Part shown: piece by piece, positions 23,941 to 36,155 of the stretch | Layout of the letters: each line of letters opens with the position of its first letter | How positions within the stretch are numbered: the first letter of the stretch is position 1 | Notes under the pieces: generated by a model | What the model saw: only the letters and a program-made list of their open reading frames with translations | What the model was told of the DNA's origin: nothing | The model's database searches: none | Program-made: the position numbers and the translations under genes | Assembly: GCF_018350175.1 (NCBI RefSeq) | Contig: NC_058368.1 | Span: 192,450,001-192,514,000 of the forward strand | Direction of reading: 5' to 3' | DNA from: Felis catus | Lineage: Eukaryota | DNA: 64,000 nucleotides

Positions 23941-25277
23941 CCCAATCCTTGCACTCCCTTTTTAGTAAATAAGGAAATGATTCAGAGCAATGGCTTGCCC
24001 AAGATTCCCTCTTGCAAATTTCTCCTTCCTTTCTTTATTATCATTCATTATGGACGGAAACTGAAGTCTGGAGTTCATCAGCACACTTAATTTACCAATA
24101 AAACAATCATTCTATGAGCCTACACTGCTTTAACCTCACGCTTCCCCAACTCTGTAGACATGTGTCACTTCCCAAAGGGCAAGGGCTACGATTTTAAGAG
24201 TTTCCCACAGTGAGGAACCAAATCCTCACCAACAGAATATAGTACTAAAAATCCCAGCAGCAATGCAAACTGCCATACAGTGACATGGGGTCAGCACAGA
24301 CCCTTCCCGGTGAATTCCTTTCCACTTCCACTTTCAGAATTTTTTACTCTGATTTTGAAAAAAAGGGCTGCCTGTTTTCAGTCATCGTATTGTGGTGGTA
24401 ACACTGGGATTGTTATTCTGAAACTGTTGGATAGGTAGTGTGGGGTAGCCAGTGAGTTTCATGCTGGTGGTGTTGAGAACCAGGACTTTTGGTGTGAGAG
24501 AAAGGAGATAGAAGTGAAAGACGACAGGGGTTAAGTAAAAACTTTATAATCCTGGATTTAAATTGGAAGTTCCAGTATGAATTTCTGATGTAACTGATTT
24601 GAAAGCACATACCATATTCTCTAGCTCTGCCTATCGTTTTCAGGTCTAGAAACAACAACCAACACTTGAGTGAGCATCTTTAGTGCCCAGACTGTGGTCT
24701 CTAAATACTATTTCCCCTTAAAGGAACCCAGGTTTCTCAAATAAATAAATAAATAAATAAATAAATAGTTGATTCCAGCTTTGGGGCAGAAAATGTACGT
24801 GTTCATAGACTTTTAACACAAATCAAGGAAACCAGAGTCGTGGCAAAGGGACCCTGGAGTCCCACTTGCCAAAGTCCAGACAATTTCAGTCTAATTAACT
24901 GCAATGAATTGAAAATATCAAACACATTTAAATCCATGAGTTCATAATGATATTTTAAAAATAAACAAAAAACCTCAGCGATCATCTTTGGAGGATATTA
25001 GGAAATCAATTCATTATTTTGAAAATCAAGAGAGACAATTAAGCATTTATTCTGTCTTTCCTGTACGAACTGTGCTTCAGGCAACCAAGTAGTAGATGAG
25101 AAGAAGGTGCTTTTTATGTAAGCATTCCAATAAAGAAAAGGAAACAGGAATGAAGAAGGATTAACTTGGAATATCACCATTTTGCAACTCTTTATGAATT
25201 AGTTGATCTAATTAAACACCATATCCTATGAAGAAAGCATGGCCCAAGAATCAAGCAGGAATCTGAACAAGGCTTTA

Positions 25278-25491
25278 AAAAAATTTTTTTTAACGTTTAT
25301 TTATTTTTGAGACAGAGAGAGACAGAGCATGAATGGGGGAGGGTCAGAGAGAGGGAGACACAGAATCTGAAACAGGCTCCAGGCTCTGAGCTGTCAGCAC
25401 AGAGCCCAACGCAGGGCTCGAACTCATGAACCGCGAGATCATGACCTGAGCCGAAGTCGGCCGCTTAACCGACTGAGCCACCCAGGCGCCC
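25278..25491 (-). mobile_element. Can-SINE
   Basis: TSD CTGAACAAG(G/C)CTTTA. Confidence 0.96.
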
Positions 25492-25509
25492 CTGAACAAG
25501 CCTTTAGAG

Positions 25510-25548
25510 TAGGTGTTGGCAAACTTCGTCTCCAGTGGGCCAGGTAAT

Positions 25549-25595
<47 letters not shown>

Positions 25596-26000
25596 TTTCG
25601 TTTATTTATTTTTGGGACAGAGAGAGACAGAGCATGAACGGGGGAGGGGCAGAGAGAGAGGGAGACACAGAATTGGAAACAGGCTCCAGGCTCTGAGCCA
25701 TCAGCCCAGAGCCCGACGCGGGGCTCGAACTCACAGACCGCGAGATCGTGACCTGGCTGAAGTCGGTCGCTTAACCGACTGTGCCACCCAGGCGCCCCTG
25801 GGCCAGGTAATTTAAATTTTACAGGCTATACAGTGTCTAGAGTCTGTTGCAAGTACTTAAGACTGCTGTTGGAACACAAAAGGCAGCCACCGACAATAGC
25901 TAAACAAACGGGCAGAGTTGTGTTCCAACAAAATCCTGTTTACAAAAAAAGGTAGATGCTAGATTTGGCCCACGGACCATGGGTTTCCCAACTGATCCTG
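25510..26000 (+). mobile_element. MER58A-like hAT MITE, split by a SINE
   Basis: ggcaaactt...gggccag...gcagcca..gacaata..tgtgttccaa..tttacaaaaa..gatttggccc. Confidence 0.85.
25552..25798 (-). mobile_element. Young Can-SINE with (TTTA)n tail
   Basis: Perfect 16-bp TSD TGGGCCAGGTAATTTA at 25536-25551 and 25799-25814. Confidence 0.97.
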
Positions 26001-26453
26001 ACCACACTACAGTGTACAGGAAATACAGGGACTGAGGAACACGTGAAATGACACCATGGGGACATAATGAACAAAAGCCAGACTGGGGGAAAGTCTAACA
26101 GGAAAATCAACCTGATTTCTTTAACAAATGAATGGTAGAGAGAGAGGGGAGCACCTCTAGATTAAAAGAAACTTAAGAAATGTTAGCCAATCACATTGTA
26201 TGGATCTTGTTTGAATCTTAATTCAAGCAAGCATAAAAAGAAAAAAAATATAGAGAGTAATTTGATAAATGTGAACATGGACTCGAATATTTGGTAATAT
26301 GAAGGAATTATTGTTGACATTTGGAGATGTTTGATGATACATTGTGGTTATGTTTAAAAGAGGAAATCCTTATCTTTTAGAGATATTTGCTGAAATATTT
26401 AAAGATAAAATGGAATAATATCTCCGGTTTGGTTAAAAATAATGGGTGGTGAT

Positions 26454-26668
26454 GGGGCACCTGGGTGGCTCAGTCAGTTAAGCGTCCGACTTCAGCTCAG
26501 GTCATGATCTCATGGTTTGTGGGTTCGAGCCCCGCGTTGGGCTCTGTGCTGACAGCTTGGAGCCTGGAGCCTGCTTCGGATTCTGTGTCTCCCCCTCTCT
26601 CTTCCCCTGTCGTGCTCATGATGTATCTGTTTCTCAAAAACAAATAAACGTTTAAAAAAATTTTTTTT
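26454..26668 (+). mobile_element. Can-SINE
   Basis: TSD AAATAATGGGTGGTGA. Confidence 0.96.
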
Positions 26669-27200
26669 AAATAATGGGTGGTGAAATATAAAGAAACAAA
26701 ATTGGTAAGGATTTGGATGGTGGGTGACAGGTACATAAATTTATTACCCGTTTCTATTATTTTATAAATACAGTAAAACTTTGGATTGTGACTAACTTGT
26801 TCTGAGAGCGGTCTGCCAGACGAGCAAACATTTTTAATAAATTTTAACTTGATAAACAAGTGATATCTTGCAATACGAGTAGCACATTAGCCAAATGTCA
26901 CATGATCTCAACAGACCCGATGTTTCTTGAAATTTGCTCTGATATACAAGTGCTTTGGATTATAAGTATGTTTCCGGAATGAGGTTTTCCTGGTACTTGA
27001 AACTTTCCACTATGAAAAGTTAAAATATATTTATACTATTTCACACTTAACCAGTTGACAAATTTTTAAAAATCTGACAAACTCTAAGTTTGGAAAGGAT
27101 ACAGGGGAAAAGGTAAACTCTCACAGCTGGTGGGAATATAAATTCCTATAATTTTTGAGCGGGTTTTGTATACATCCCATGATCTAAAAATTCCCCATCT

Positions 27201-27202
<2 letters not shown>

Positions 27203-27246
<44 letters not shown>
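27203..27246. repeat. (TA)n microsatellite in an old L1 fragment
   Basis: Directly visible. Confidence 0.97.
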
Positions 27247-27249
<3 letters not shown>

Positions 27250-29329
27250 TTCCAAGGAAACTTCAGCCCATTAAGAGATATATGGAAGCATTTTTTAATA
27301 GGAAAAATGGGAAACAACCCAAATGGATAAATTATGGTATCTTTGGACCATAAGAGGTAGGGGGAGGCTATGAAATGTAGAGATTTGGAAATAGCAACTA
27401 CATGTGGAGATAGGAGCCAGGGTCCCATCAGGATAGATTAAGCTCAACCTATGTTGACCTGTTACCCACTCTGGGCCAGGCCCTTTTCTGAGTGCTGAGG
27501 ATATAGACGTGATATCCCTCAAAGGGTTTAAAGTCTAGATATCAGAGCTAGAGAGGGCCTGACCCTGACATATCATTGAGTCTAACCTACCTATATTACA
27601 GATGTGGAAAACGAGGCCCGGAGAAATTAAATGACTTGCCAAGGCACAATGTTGGTTTGTGGAGGAAGCGGGAATTGAACCAGGTCTCTGATGCTCAGCA
27701 GAAAACAGATCTTGGAGCCATACATTCTTAAGTTAAATCCCAGCTCTGCAACTTACTAGCTGTAACCTTGGCAAAGTTATTCTCTTTCCTTAGAAGTATA
27801 ATAATAAATACTTCCTAGGTCAATAGGAGGATTAAATGAAATGATATACATAAAGCACTTGACCCAGTGACTATAAAGGAATAAAACCTCAATGGATAGG
27901 TTATTTGCTTTTACTATTGTTGATACGAGGAAAAGCCTTAGCAAAAAGGACAAAATGCTATATTCTATGTTGCTCTCAAATGATTAAATCCACACTTGTT
28001 ACAGCCAGGATGGCCGAGGCTCTGTACCAAGTTGCAGACTTGTCCCAGGTCAGTTAGCTGCTCTGTGTTCCGGACCCTCCCCACAGAAAGCACACATAAA
28101 GGACTCTGCACCACCCTCTCACTCTGCTGTCTCTGCTCTCGGAGGTTCTGGCTGAGACATGACAGCTCTGTGATTTCTGTCAATCCTGCTCCACTAACTG
28201 GAGCCCCAGGTCCCTGTGAGATGAGGGTAACAGTAGAACCTACCTCATGGGGTTGTTGTGAGGGTTAAATGAACAAATCCCTACTGCAGAGTAAGCCCTC
28301 AAGATATAGGAGCTATGATGTTGACCAGGCAAGCCATCTATCCCAGGGTGTCAGGAGACACAAAAAAGAATCCGCTGCGTTTTTCACCGACAGGGTGCTT
28401 CAGTCCAGTGGGGGATAGTCAGAGGCCACGCCTTCCTTTCTATTTTTCCCCATGCTGTCACATTTCAGGCCCGGATTGGGGCCCAGGGGGCCAAGTGATT
28501 CTGACTGTTTGATCCTGCAGGGAAGCTGGCTCTAAAAATGACCAGGCCAGACCTGCCAGGTCTGAACCCACACACACTCTCACCTCTTTTAGTGAGAACC
28601 CCATTCTCAGCGCTGCAGAATCCCTGACTACCTCAGGCTGCTGGAGCCAAAGCATCACATGCTCTGAATAATAAGGCCATCCAGAAAGTTCCCTGCGGCG
28701 AGCTGGGCACCACACTCTGGTCTGCACCCTTGGGGCCAGGCAGCCAAAAATATCATAAAAGGCCTGCCCTCAAAGCCGAGCTCCTGTCCCCGGTATGCTG
28801 GAGCCATGGGGCACAGGGAGTTTCAATATCCAGTTCCTTCCTTTTCCTGATGCCTTCTCCTCTCAATGAAACCACGCATATTTTTCATCCAAGACCCTAT
28901 TTTTACAGAGCCTAACAAAACATGTTCCCACTTGGCCCCGTGACCATCGGTCCCAATTTCCCCAATCCTAGAGAATGAAAACCATTAAGGATCAGAGAAA
29001 GGATTGCGAGATGAATGAAACCAGTTAAATGTATTTGGTTCTCCTGTAGAAGCAGGAGCGAAGTTGTTCTTTCAAGCCGATATCAAAGCTGTCGACTTGT
29101 AGCTGCTCACAGGCTGCAGGCTGGAGACACAGCCGGTCAGGTGGTGTATTTGCTATGCACAGCGATCTCTTCGTGGGCAGGGGCTATGTCTGCTTCCCTA
29201 CTCTGCCCAGCACTCAGCCCCCAACACAGTGCCTAGCACCGAATGGTCAATCAAAAAATACCTAGGAAGCGAATGAAGTTGCTTGGTCAGACAGTTAGCC
29301 GACGGGTTTAGATGTCTCTGTTGTACACT

Positions 29330-29570
29330 TTCATAACAGCCTGAACTGTTCCTTCTCAGTGCTTATCATGCTTGTAATTAAATAATTACATGTGCAATTA
29401 TTTGTTTAATGTGTGCCTCCCTGACAAGACTGTCAGCAACCTGGAGGCAGGGACTGCTCTGTGTTCTCTGTGTGCCCCCAGTGTTGTTCACTATTGTATC
29501 CCCAGTGCTTGGAATGGGATTTGGCATATACCTGGCACTCAATAAGTATTTGTTGAATGAATAAATGAAC
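29330..29570 (+). mobile_element. L2 3' end
   Basis: ...gtatccccagtgctt...ttggcata...gcactcaataagtatttgttgaatgaataaatgaa. Confidence 0.8.
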
Positions 29571-29727
29571 ACAGATGGCAAAGATGGCCACAGCCAGTGG
29601 GTCAACCCATCTGTCAGTCTTGAGGGCCAACACTGCCGAAGGTGCTGAGTCCACTACCAGGCCAAAGGAAGCTGCCCTTAGGCCCTTTATTTCAAGATGC
29701 TGACAGTGTTATGAGAAAGTGTAGGGA

Positions 29728-29955
29728 GGGGCGCCTGGTGGCTCAGTCCATTGAGCGTCTGACTTGGGCTCAGGTCCTGATCTCGCAGTTTGTGGGTTCG
29801 AGCCCTGCATCGGGCTCTGTGCTAAAGGCTCAGAGCCCGAAGCCTGCTTCAGATTCTGTGTCTCTCTCTCTCTCTCTCTGCTCCTTTCCAGCTTGCACTC
29901 TGTCTCTCTCTCTCTCAAAAATAAATAAACATTTTTTAAAAATTAAAAAAAAAAA
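29728..29955 (+). mobile_element. Can-SINE
   Basis: Head, CT body, A-tail. Confidence 0.93.
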
Positions 29956-30434
29956 GAAAGCATAGAGAGAGGGGTTTGCTAATACCCAGGCTCAGCTGTT
30001 CTTAGAAAGAGCCTACCCCCTAGGAAGTCTACCCATTTACAAGAGAGACAAAATGGAGTGGGAAGCAGCCTTTGTTTGCTGTTTAACTGGAGCCTTCTCT
30101 TTGCCTCTGGTTGGCGATTTGGGACAGTTGGTGTAGAAGTAGATGGACGATTTCAGCCTGGAGTTCATGGCATCTACTTCGCAGAGTTGTTATAGGACAA
30201 AAGGAGTAAACAGATGTGGAAATCTTAACCACAGGACCTAACAGTGCACCAGTGCTCAGGAATGCTATGTGGGGCTACTGTTGTTGCTCTCAATCCTCTG
30301 CCTCCCACGGCTGCCCTGTGATGAAGGGCACCTTGGTTGGAGAACTTCACGGTGGAAGTCTGGTGATAGGTGCTGGGCTTCACCAAAGCATCTCCTGGGA
30401 CCAACCTGACCACACAGCAGGCAAGAGGGAGTGA

Positions 30435-30930
30435 ATCATGTAAGTGATAGAAAGACAACTCAAACTGACTTAGGCAAAAGTTGGCCAACACATCCCTTAA
30501 GTCCAGATAGCAGTCTTACTTCATGTACAGCTGGATCCAGGAGCTCCAATACTATCAGGATGTCTCCTCCCTGACTCCATCACTCCATATTGCTGTCTTC
30601 TGTACGAGCTCCAGTCTCAGAGAGGCTCAACACCCCACGTGGCTTACATCCCATCTCCAGTACCAGAAAAGAGAAAGTATCCCTTCTCCAAAGTTGAGAT
30701 CAAACCCCCAGAATTGAGTCTCATTGGCTGTAATTGAGTCATATGACTACTCTGAAGCCACGACTATGGCCAGTGGTTGCAAGGCTCTGATGGCAGAGCT
30801 GAGTCACATGCCCACCTCTAGGCAATAGGCTGGAGTCAGTTTGGTGGATGGGGAGGGGAGGGTCCCCAAGCAACATAGAGTTGTTGTTGCCAGAGCAGGG
30901 AGAATGTTGCTGGGGCAGCAAAATAAATAT
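30435..30930. mobile_element. Old MLT1-type LTR
   Basis: aactcaaactgacttagg, agctggatccaggagctc, tcattggc..ttgagtcatatg..ctgagtcacatgcccac motifs. Confidence 0.6.
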
Positions 30931-31669
30931 GCACTGCAGATTGCAAACCCTCTCTTTAGGTCAGATGACAAGAGCAATGGTACAGTGAGACCAAACAAAC
31001 GTCAATTCTGTCAGACAAATAAAGTGATAGGATCTGGAAGGATTCCCAGAGGGCAATGGGGCATTACTCAGACATGTGCCCCAAACCCTGTTTTATAGGG
31101 ATCATATCAGGGTGCCTCACTTGCTTCAGGCACTAAAATATGGGAGGCCCCCCAAAGTTAGTAACCTAGGTAAATAATACTTGAACACAATATTTTAAAA
31201 ACCAAAATGAATGCAAAAAATCCATGATGAACAAAATTAGGAACTTAGCACCAAGCTTGGTATATAGTTCTCAATAAAAGTTTGCATTATCATTTTTCAT
31301 TCTGGGAGATTCCTAAGAGTAAGTTTACTGAGGAATCATGCACTATGGCAATAGTACAGTCTTCATTCATTCAACACCTGTTTATTGCCTGTTTATTATG
31401 AACGTGGCACCACGAGAGAAATACAGTTCATCTGGATCCTACCCCGGGGAGCTCATAGTCTGTAATCTGAATGGCAAGACCCACTGGCAAACATCACCTC
31501 CAAATATTGTGATTCGTGTTTTAATGAAGGCCCAGAAACCTGCTATAGGAGCCCAGGGGAAGGAGCTTTTTAAAAACCTTTATGTATTTATAAAAAGGTA
31601 TATACCTGTATGTGTGTGTGTGTGTGTGAGTGTGTGTGTGTGTATTTATATACATAATATATATTTATA

Positions 31670-31912
31670 AAATAAATAAGTCCTGGGGCTATACCATACA
31701 GCATGGTGACTATAGTTATAATATTGTATATTAGGAAGTTGCTAAGAGAGTATATGTTAAAAGTTCTCATCACAAGAAAAAAAATTGTAACTATGCATGG
31801 TGATGGATGGTAATTAGACTTATTGTGGTGATCATTCTGCAATATATACATGGACCGAATCATGGGTTGTACACCTGAAATAATATGTTACATGTCAATT
31901 ATATTTCAGTAT
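31670..31912 (+). mobile_element. L1 (L1MA9-like) extreme 3' end
   Basis: tacagcatggtgactatagtt...ttgctaagagagta...ttctcatcacaa...tgtggtgatcatt...gtcaattatatttca. Confidence 0.9.
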
Positions 31913-31924
31913 TAAAAAACCCTT

Positions 31925-32900
31925 TTTAAGGAAATGTTGAAACATACAGAAAAGTAGAAAGAATTGTAAACTGAATACATATTGATCATGTAGATTCAAC
32001 AATTGTAAACATTTCACCATATTTACCTCATCTCACTATATGTTAAATTAGTGGCTAAACCATTTTAAAGTGAATTACAGATATTCTAACACTTGAGCCC
32101 TAAACACTTAGCATGCATTTCCATGCTAAGAATTCTCCTTCCATAACCACAGTAGACTTATCTCAACTCACAAAATTAACAATAATTTCCTTACATCATC
32201 TAATACCCAATTCATAGTCAAATTCCCCCCATTGTGTAAAAACATGGTCTTTATAGCTTTAAAAGAAAAGTGAACCAAGATACAATCAAGAATCACACGG
32301 GGCGGGGGGGGGGCCTAGGTGGATCAGTCAGTTAAGCATCAGACTTTGGCTCAGGTCATGACCTCAGTTTGTGAATTTGAGCCCCTTGTCAGTCTCTGTG
32401 CTGACAACTCAGAGCCTGGAGCCTGCTTTGGATTCTGTGTCTCCCTCTCTGCCCCTCTCCTGCTTGCACTCGCTCGCTCTCTCTCTCTCTCTCAAAAATA
32501 AATAAACGTTAAAATAAAAACTTTAAAAAGAATCACATCTCATATTTAGTTGTTGGACTCTTACATCTCTTTAAATCTAGAACCTCCTCTCCTTGCTTTT
32601 GCTTTGTTTTCACGACATTGACTTTTAAGAGATCATGCCAGTTGTCTTATAAATTGTCCCACATTCTGGATTTGTCTGGTTGCTTTTCTGGGTGTTATTT
32701 AATGTGTTCCTCTACCCCTGAAATTCCAGTAAACTGCAGCCAGCTCTAAAGACTTGATTATATTTACGCTCAACATTTTCGGCAAGAGCCAAAATAGTAG
32801 AACTGTGAAGTCTACTGCATCCTATTGGGAGGCATGAAATGCTGGTTGTCCCACCACTGGGGATACTGTGTGGTCCCTGGGTTAAGGTGGTGACAGGCAG
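31925..32900 (-). mobile_element. Old L1 3'UTR fragment (antisense) with nested SINE
   Basis: aaacatacagaaaagtaga, tgtcccacattctggatttgtctg, ggaggcat..tgctggttgtcccac motifs. Confidence 0.6.
32299..32527 (+). mobile_element. Can-SINE with G-run 5' extension
   Basis: TSD AAGAATCACA at 32288 and 32528. Confidence 0.92.
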
Positions 32901-32951
32901 GTAGAGGAGGAAGCAACTGGGAAGGATGGTTAAGTCTTCACAGTGATGTTT

Positions 32952-33165
32952 AAAAAAATTTTTTTAAATGTTTATTTTTGAGAAAGAGAGAGACAGAGTG
33001 TGAGCCAAGGAGGGGCAGCGAGAGAGAAGGAGACACAAAATCGGAAGCAGGAACCAGGCTCTAGCTGTCAGCACAGAGCCGACGCGGGGCTCGAACCCAC
33101 GAACCGTGAGGTCATGCCTTGAGCTGAAGTCTGGTGCTTAACTGACTAAGCCACCCAGGCACCCC
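32952..33165 (-). mobile_element. Can-SINE
   Basis: TSD CACAGTGA(TG/CA)TTT. Confidence 0.93.
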
Positions 33166-33789
33166 CACAGTGACATTTGAATAGGGCTTTAAAGGGTGTG
33201 TAGGAGCCTACCGGGTGGAGAAAAGGGAAGAGGAAGGGTTTTCCAGGTATACATGGCAGGCACAGTGTTGGGAAAGAGAATGATTGGCTTTAGGAAGTAG
33301 GAGGTGGTAGCCAAATGTGGTTGAGAGCTGTCATAACAACACCAAGCACTTAGGGTGAGTTTACCATGTTCCAGGAACTATGCTAAGTGACTCATTTAAT
33401 TCTTCACACAGTCCTATGGAATGGGCACTACCACCCCCATTTTAAGGGTGTGGAGTCACAGTTGAGTGATATGTGGTAACTTGCCTAAGGTCACATAGCT
33501 AGAAACAGGCAGACTCGGGATTTGAATCTGGGTGCCTGACTCCTGGGCCTCTGCATTTAAAAATCACCAAGCTCTGTGTTGAGGTGACAGGGCAAAGCAG
33601 CTGGGGAGGCAGGTTGGGGGCAGGTGGAGACAGGCCTTCTAGTCACTCTGAGTTTGGGTGTTCTTCCCGCCGCAGTGGGGGAGCCAGTGAAGGTTTCCGG
33701 GTTTGGGCATGGCTGTGTCTGGGAACGCACACCCTGGAACTCGGCCCTGTGAAGGATGAGTGGACAGCTGCTGGGGTGAGCTGTTAGGG

Positions 33790-34200
33790 GGAAGGGTGGG
33801 CGTCCCTTCAGGCGAGCGGGACCCTGGTGAACAGAGATCGAGGGAGGAATTCAAGTGTCTCCCGGACCTGTGCGCGGATCCTCAACTCTCCCGGGCGGGC
33901 GTCGGAGGGTTGGGGGAAGGGATTAGAGGTGGGAAGAGAGGGTGGGGTGGGCTAGGTTCTGCGGGACACCTGCAGCCTTCCCGTGCGCACGCAGCCACCG
34001 GGGCGGGCTGGGGCGGGCTGGAGCCGGCTGGGCGCGGCACTCCGGGACCCCAGCGCCCTTCGAGCCGCCCCGGTTTCCACCGCATCGTCTCCCCGTCCCA
34101 GCAACTGGTCGGCCACATCGCGGTGAGTCGTGAGTGGCAAAGACCGGTGGAGGGACCAGCTTCAACCTCCGAGAGCCAGCGGGCGGGGGGAGCGACGGGC
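33790..34200. promoter_or_regulatory. Small CpG island / promoter-like element
   Basis: High GC and dense CpG versus depleted flanks; tandem GC boxes GGGGCGGGCT x2 at 34000-34019. Confidence 0.7.
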
Positions 34201-34742
34201 CCAGGATCAGTCAGATCTCAGCAGAGGAAGGACTAGAAGTTGCGTGGTGCTTCTTAATTCTAAATCCGCTTCTTTTTCAGGATGGAGTCTATTTCAGAAT
34301 CAAAGAGGGATCAAGACAAAACCGCTTTGGACTAGCCACTGGGAATGCCAAACACTCTGGGGACTACCTCCTTTTTAAAATTTATTATCTCCCCATTTGG
34401 GGAAGCCTCTCTGAGGGACAGGACGGCCACAGAAGCGGGGGTTCCGGGCAGACCCCTGGCTGGCTCCTGTGGCACAGCCCCTCAGCCAGTGCGTCTGTCA
34501 TCCCCTCCTGGCCTGCGTGTCCCGAGGGGCACGACCAGTAGGGGAGGTGGGGGTGCCCACCGTGTTGGGGACTCCCAGCTGTCTGGGCTCTGGCTGTTCT
34601 CCCTTCAGCCTAGACAGGGAAGGTGCGGGGATGGAGTGGAACTGCTCTGGGGCCAGGCTGCCTGGTTCAAATCTCTGTCCTCACTCACCAGCCATGCAAC
34701 CTTGAGCTGAGCACTTCCCCTCTCTGTGCTTCTATTTTTTCA

Positions 34743-34963
34743 AAAATTTTTTTGAAAATATTTTTAATGTTTATTTTGGAAAGACAGAGAGAGAGCACAA
34801 GCAGGCGTGGGGCGGAGAGAGAGGGGGACACAGAATCTGAAGCAGGCTCCAGGCTCTGAGCTGTCAGCACAGAGCCCCACTGCAGGGCTTGAAGTCACAA
34901 ACTGGAAGATCAGGACCTGAGCCAAAGTCGGACGCTTGACCGACAGAGCCACCCAGGCGTCCC
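34743..34963 (-). mobile_element. Can-SINE inserted in a MIR
   Basis: TSD CTATTTTTTCA at 34732 and 34964. Confidence 0.95.
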
Positions 34964-35089
34964 CTATTTTTTCATTTTTAAATTGGTGAAAATAACAGTG
35001 CTTCCTAGGGTTTGGTATGAGGATTAAGTAACATAAGTATTCAAGAGCCTAGCAAGGTGCTTGCCACATGATAAAGGCTGGTTATCATT

Positions 35090-35280
35090 TTTATTTTTTT
35101 AATGTTTATTTATTTAGTGCATGGGGGGGGGGCACAGAGTGAGGGAGAGAGAAAATCCCAAGCAAGCTCCATGCAGAACCCCAAACCAGGCTCCATCTGA
35201 TCTGACTAACCCATGAGATCATGACCTGAGCTGAAATCAATTGTCCCACGCTTAACAGACTGAGCCATCCAAGGTTCCCC
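35090..35280 (-). mobile_element. Can-SINE, older type
   Basis: TSD GCTGGTTAT(C/T)ATT. Confidence 0.88.
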
Positions 35281-35944
35281 AAGCTGGTTATTATTATTAA
35301 TCTGGGAGTCAGGAGGCTTGGATGCCTGGCACTCATTTACCTATGAATAGGACAAACATTCCAGATCCTGAATAAAACCTGCCTCCTCCACAAAGTCCAC
35401 CCAGATTAACTGCACTGTTTAAAGCCTTCCTTGATTCACAGAATCTAAAGCACAGCTGACATGATCTAAACTAACTATAACTGGGGTGGGGAAGAGCAGC
35501 CTGGTTGCCCACAGCACTAACCTAGACTCAGAAGGCTTGGGGGTTGTAGTGCAGCCCCCCACTAGCTACTTACTCCGATAACTCACTTCATCTTTGTGAT
35601 TCAGTATCCTCTTTCAATTGGGGGTAATAATTCCTCTTTTATCTGTCTTGCAAGACAAAAAATTCAGATTCCTGACTACTTTGAGAATGGAAGGAAACAA
35701 GCATATAAAATGTTTTTTTCAAAGCATATTTAATAACCCAGAAAAATGATGCCAACATGCAATGTTTACTTCTCCGTTGTAAATTTCTTATTTAAATTTT
35801 TTACAGAAAGATGCATTATTATATTCTCACGGTAAAACATTCATGGGATAATGTTCATCAAAAAAGGGCAATCAACTGTATATGAAATGTGACCCCTACT
35901 TCATTTTTTAAAAGTATAAATACACTGAAAAAAATAATAAAGGT

Positions 35945-36155
35945 GGGGCGCCTGGGTGGCTCAGTCCGTTTAGCATCCAACTTCAGCTCAGGTCGTGGTC
36001 TCGGGAGTTCGAGTGCCTCATCTGGCTCTGTGCTGACAGCTCAGAGCCTGGAGCCTGCTTCAGATTCTGTGGCTCCCTCTCTCTGCCCCTCCCCTGCTCG
36101 TGCTCTCTCTCTCTTTCAAAGAATAAATAAACATTAAAAAAATTTTAAAAAATAA
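35945..36155 (+). mobile_element. Can-SINE
   Basis: Head, CT body, tail; aataaaggt flanks. Confidence 0.93.

Larger units (their letters stand above)
24390..26780 (+). mobile_element. L1MC-like long 3'UTR with nested MER58A and three SINEs
   Basis: gtgcccagactgtggtctctaaatactatttcc, aggaaatacagggac, tccttatcttttagagata, ggtgacaggtacat motifs. Confidence 0.75.

Noticed and set aside
33760..34710. Several 120-158 aa Gly/Arg/Pro-rich ORFs
   Set aside because: Expected from stop-poor GC-rich DNA; open in several frames on both strands with no domain recognised
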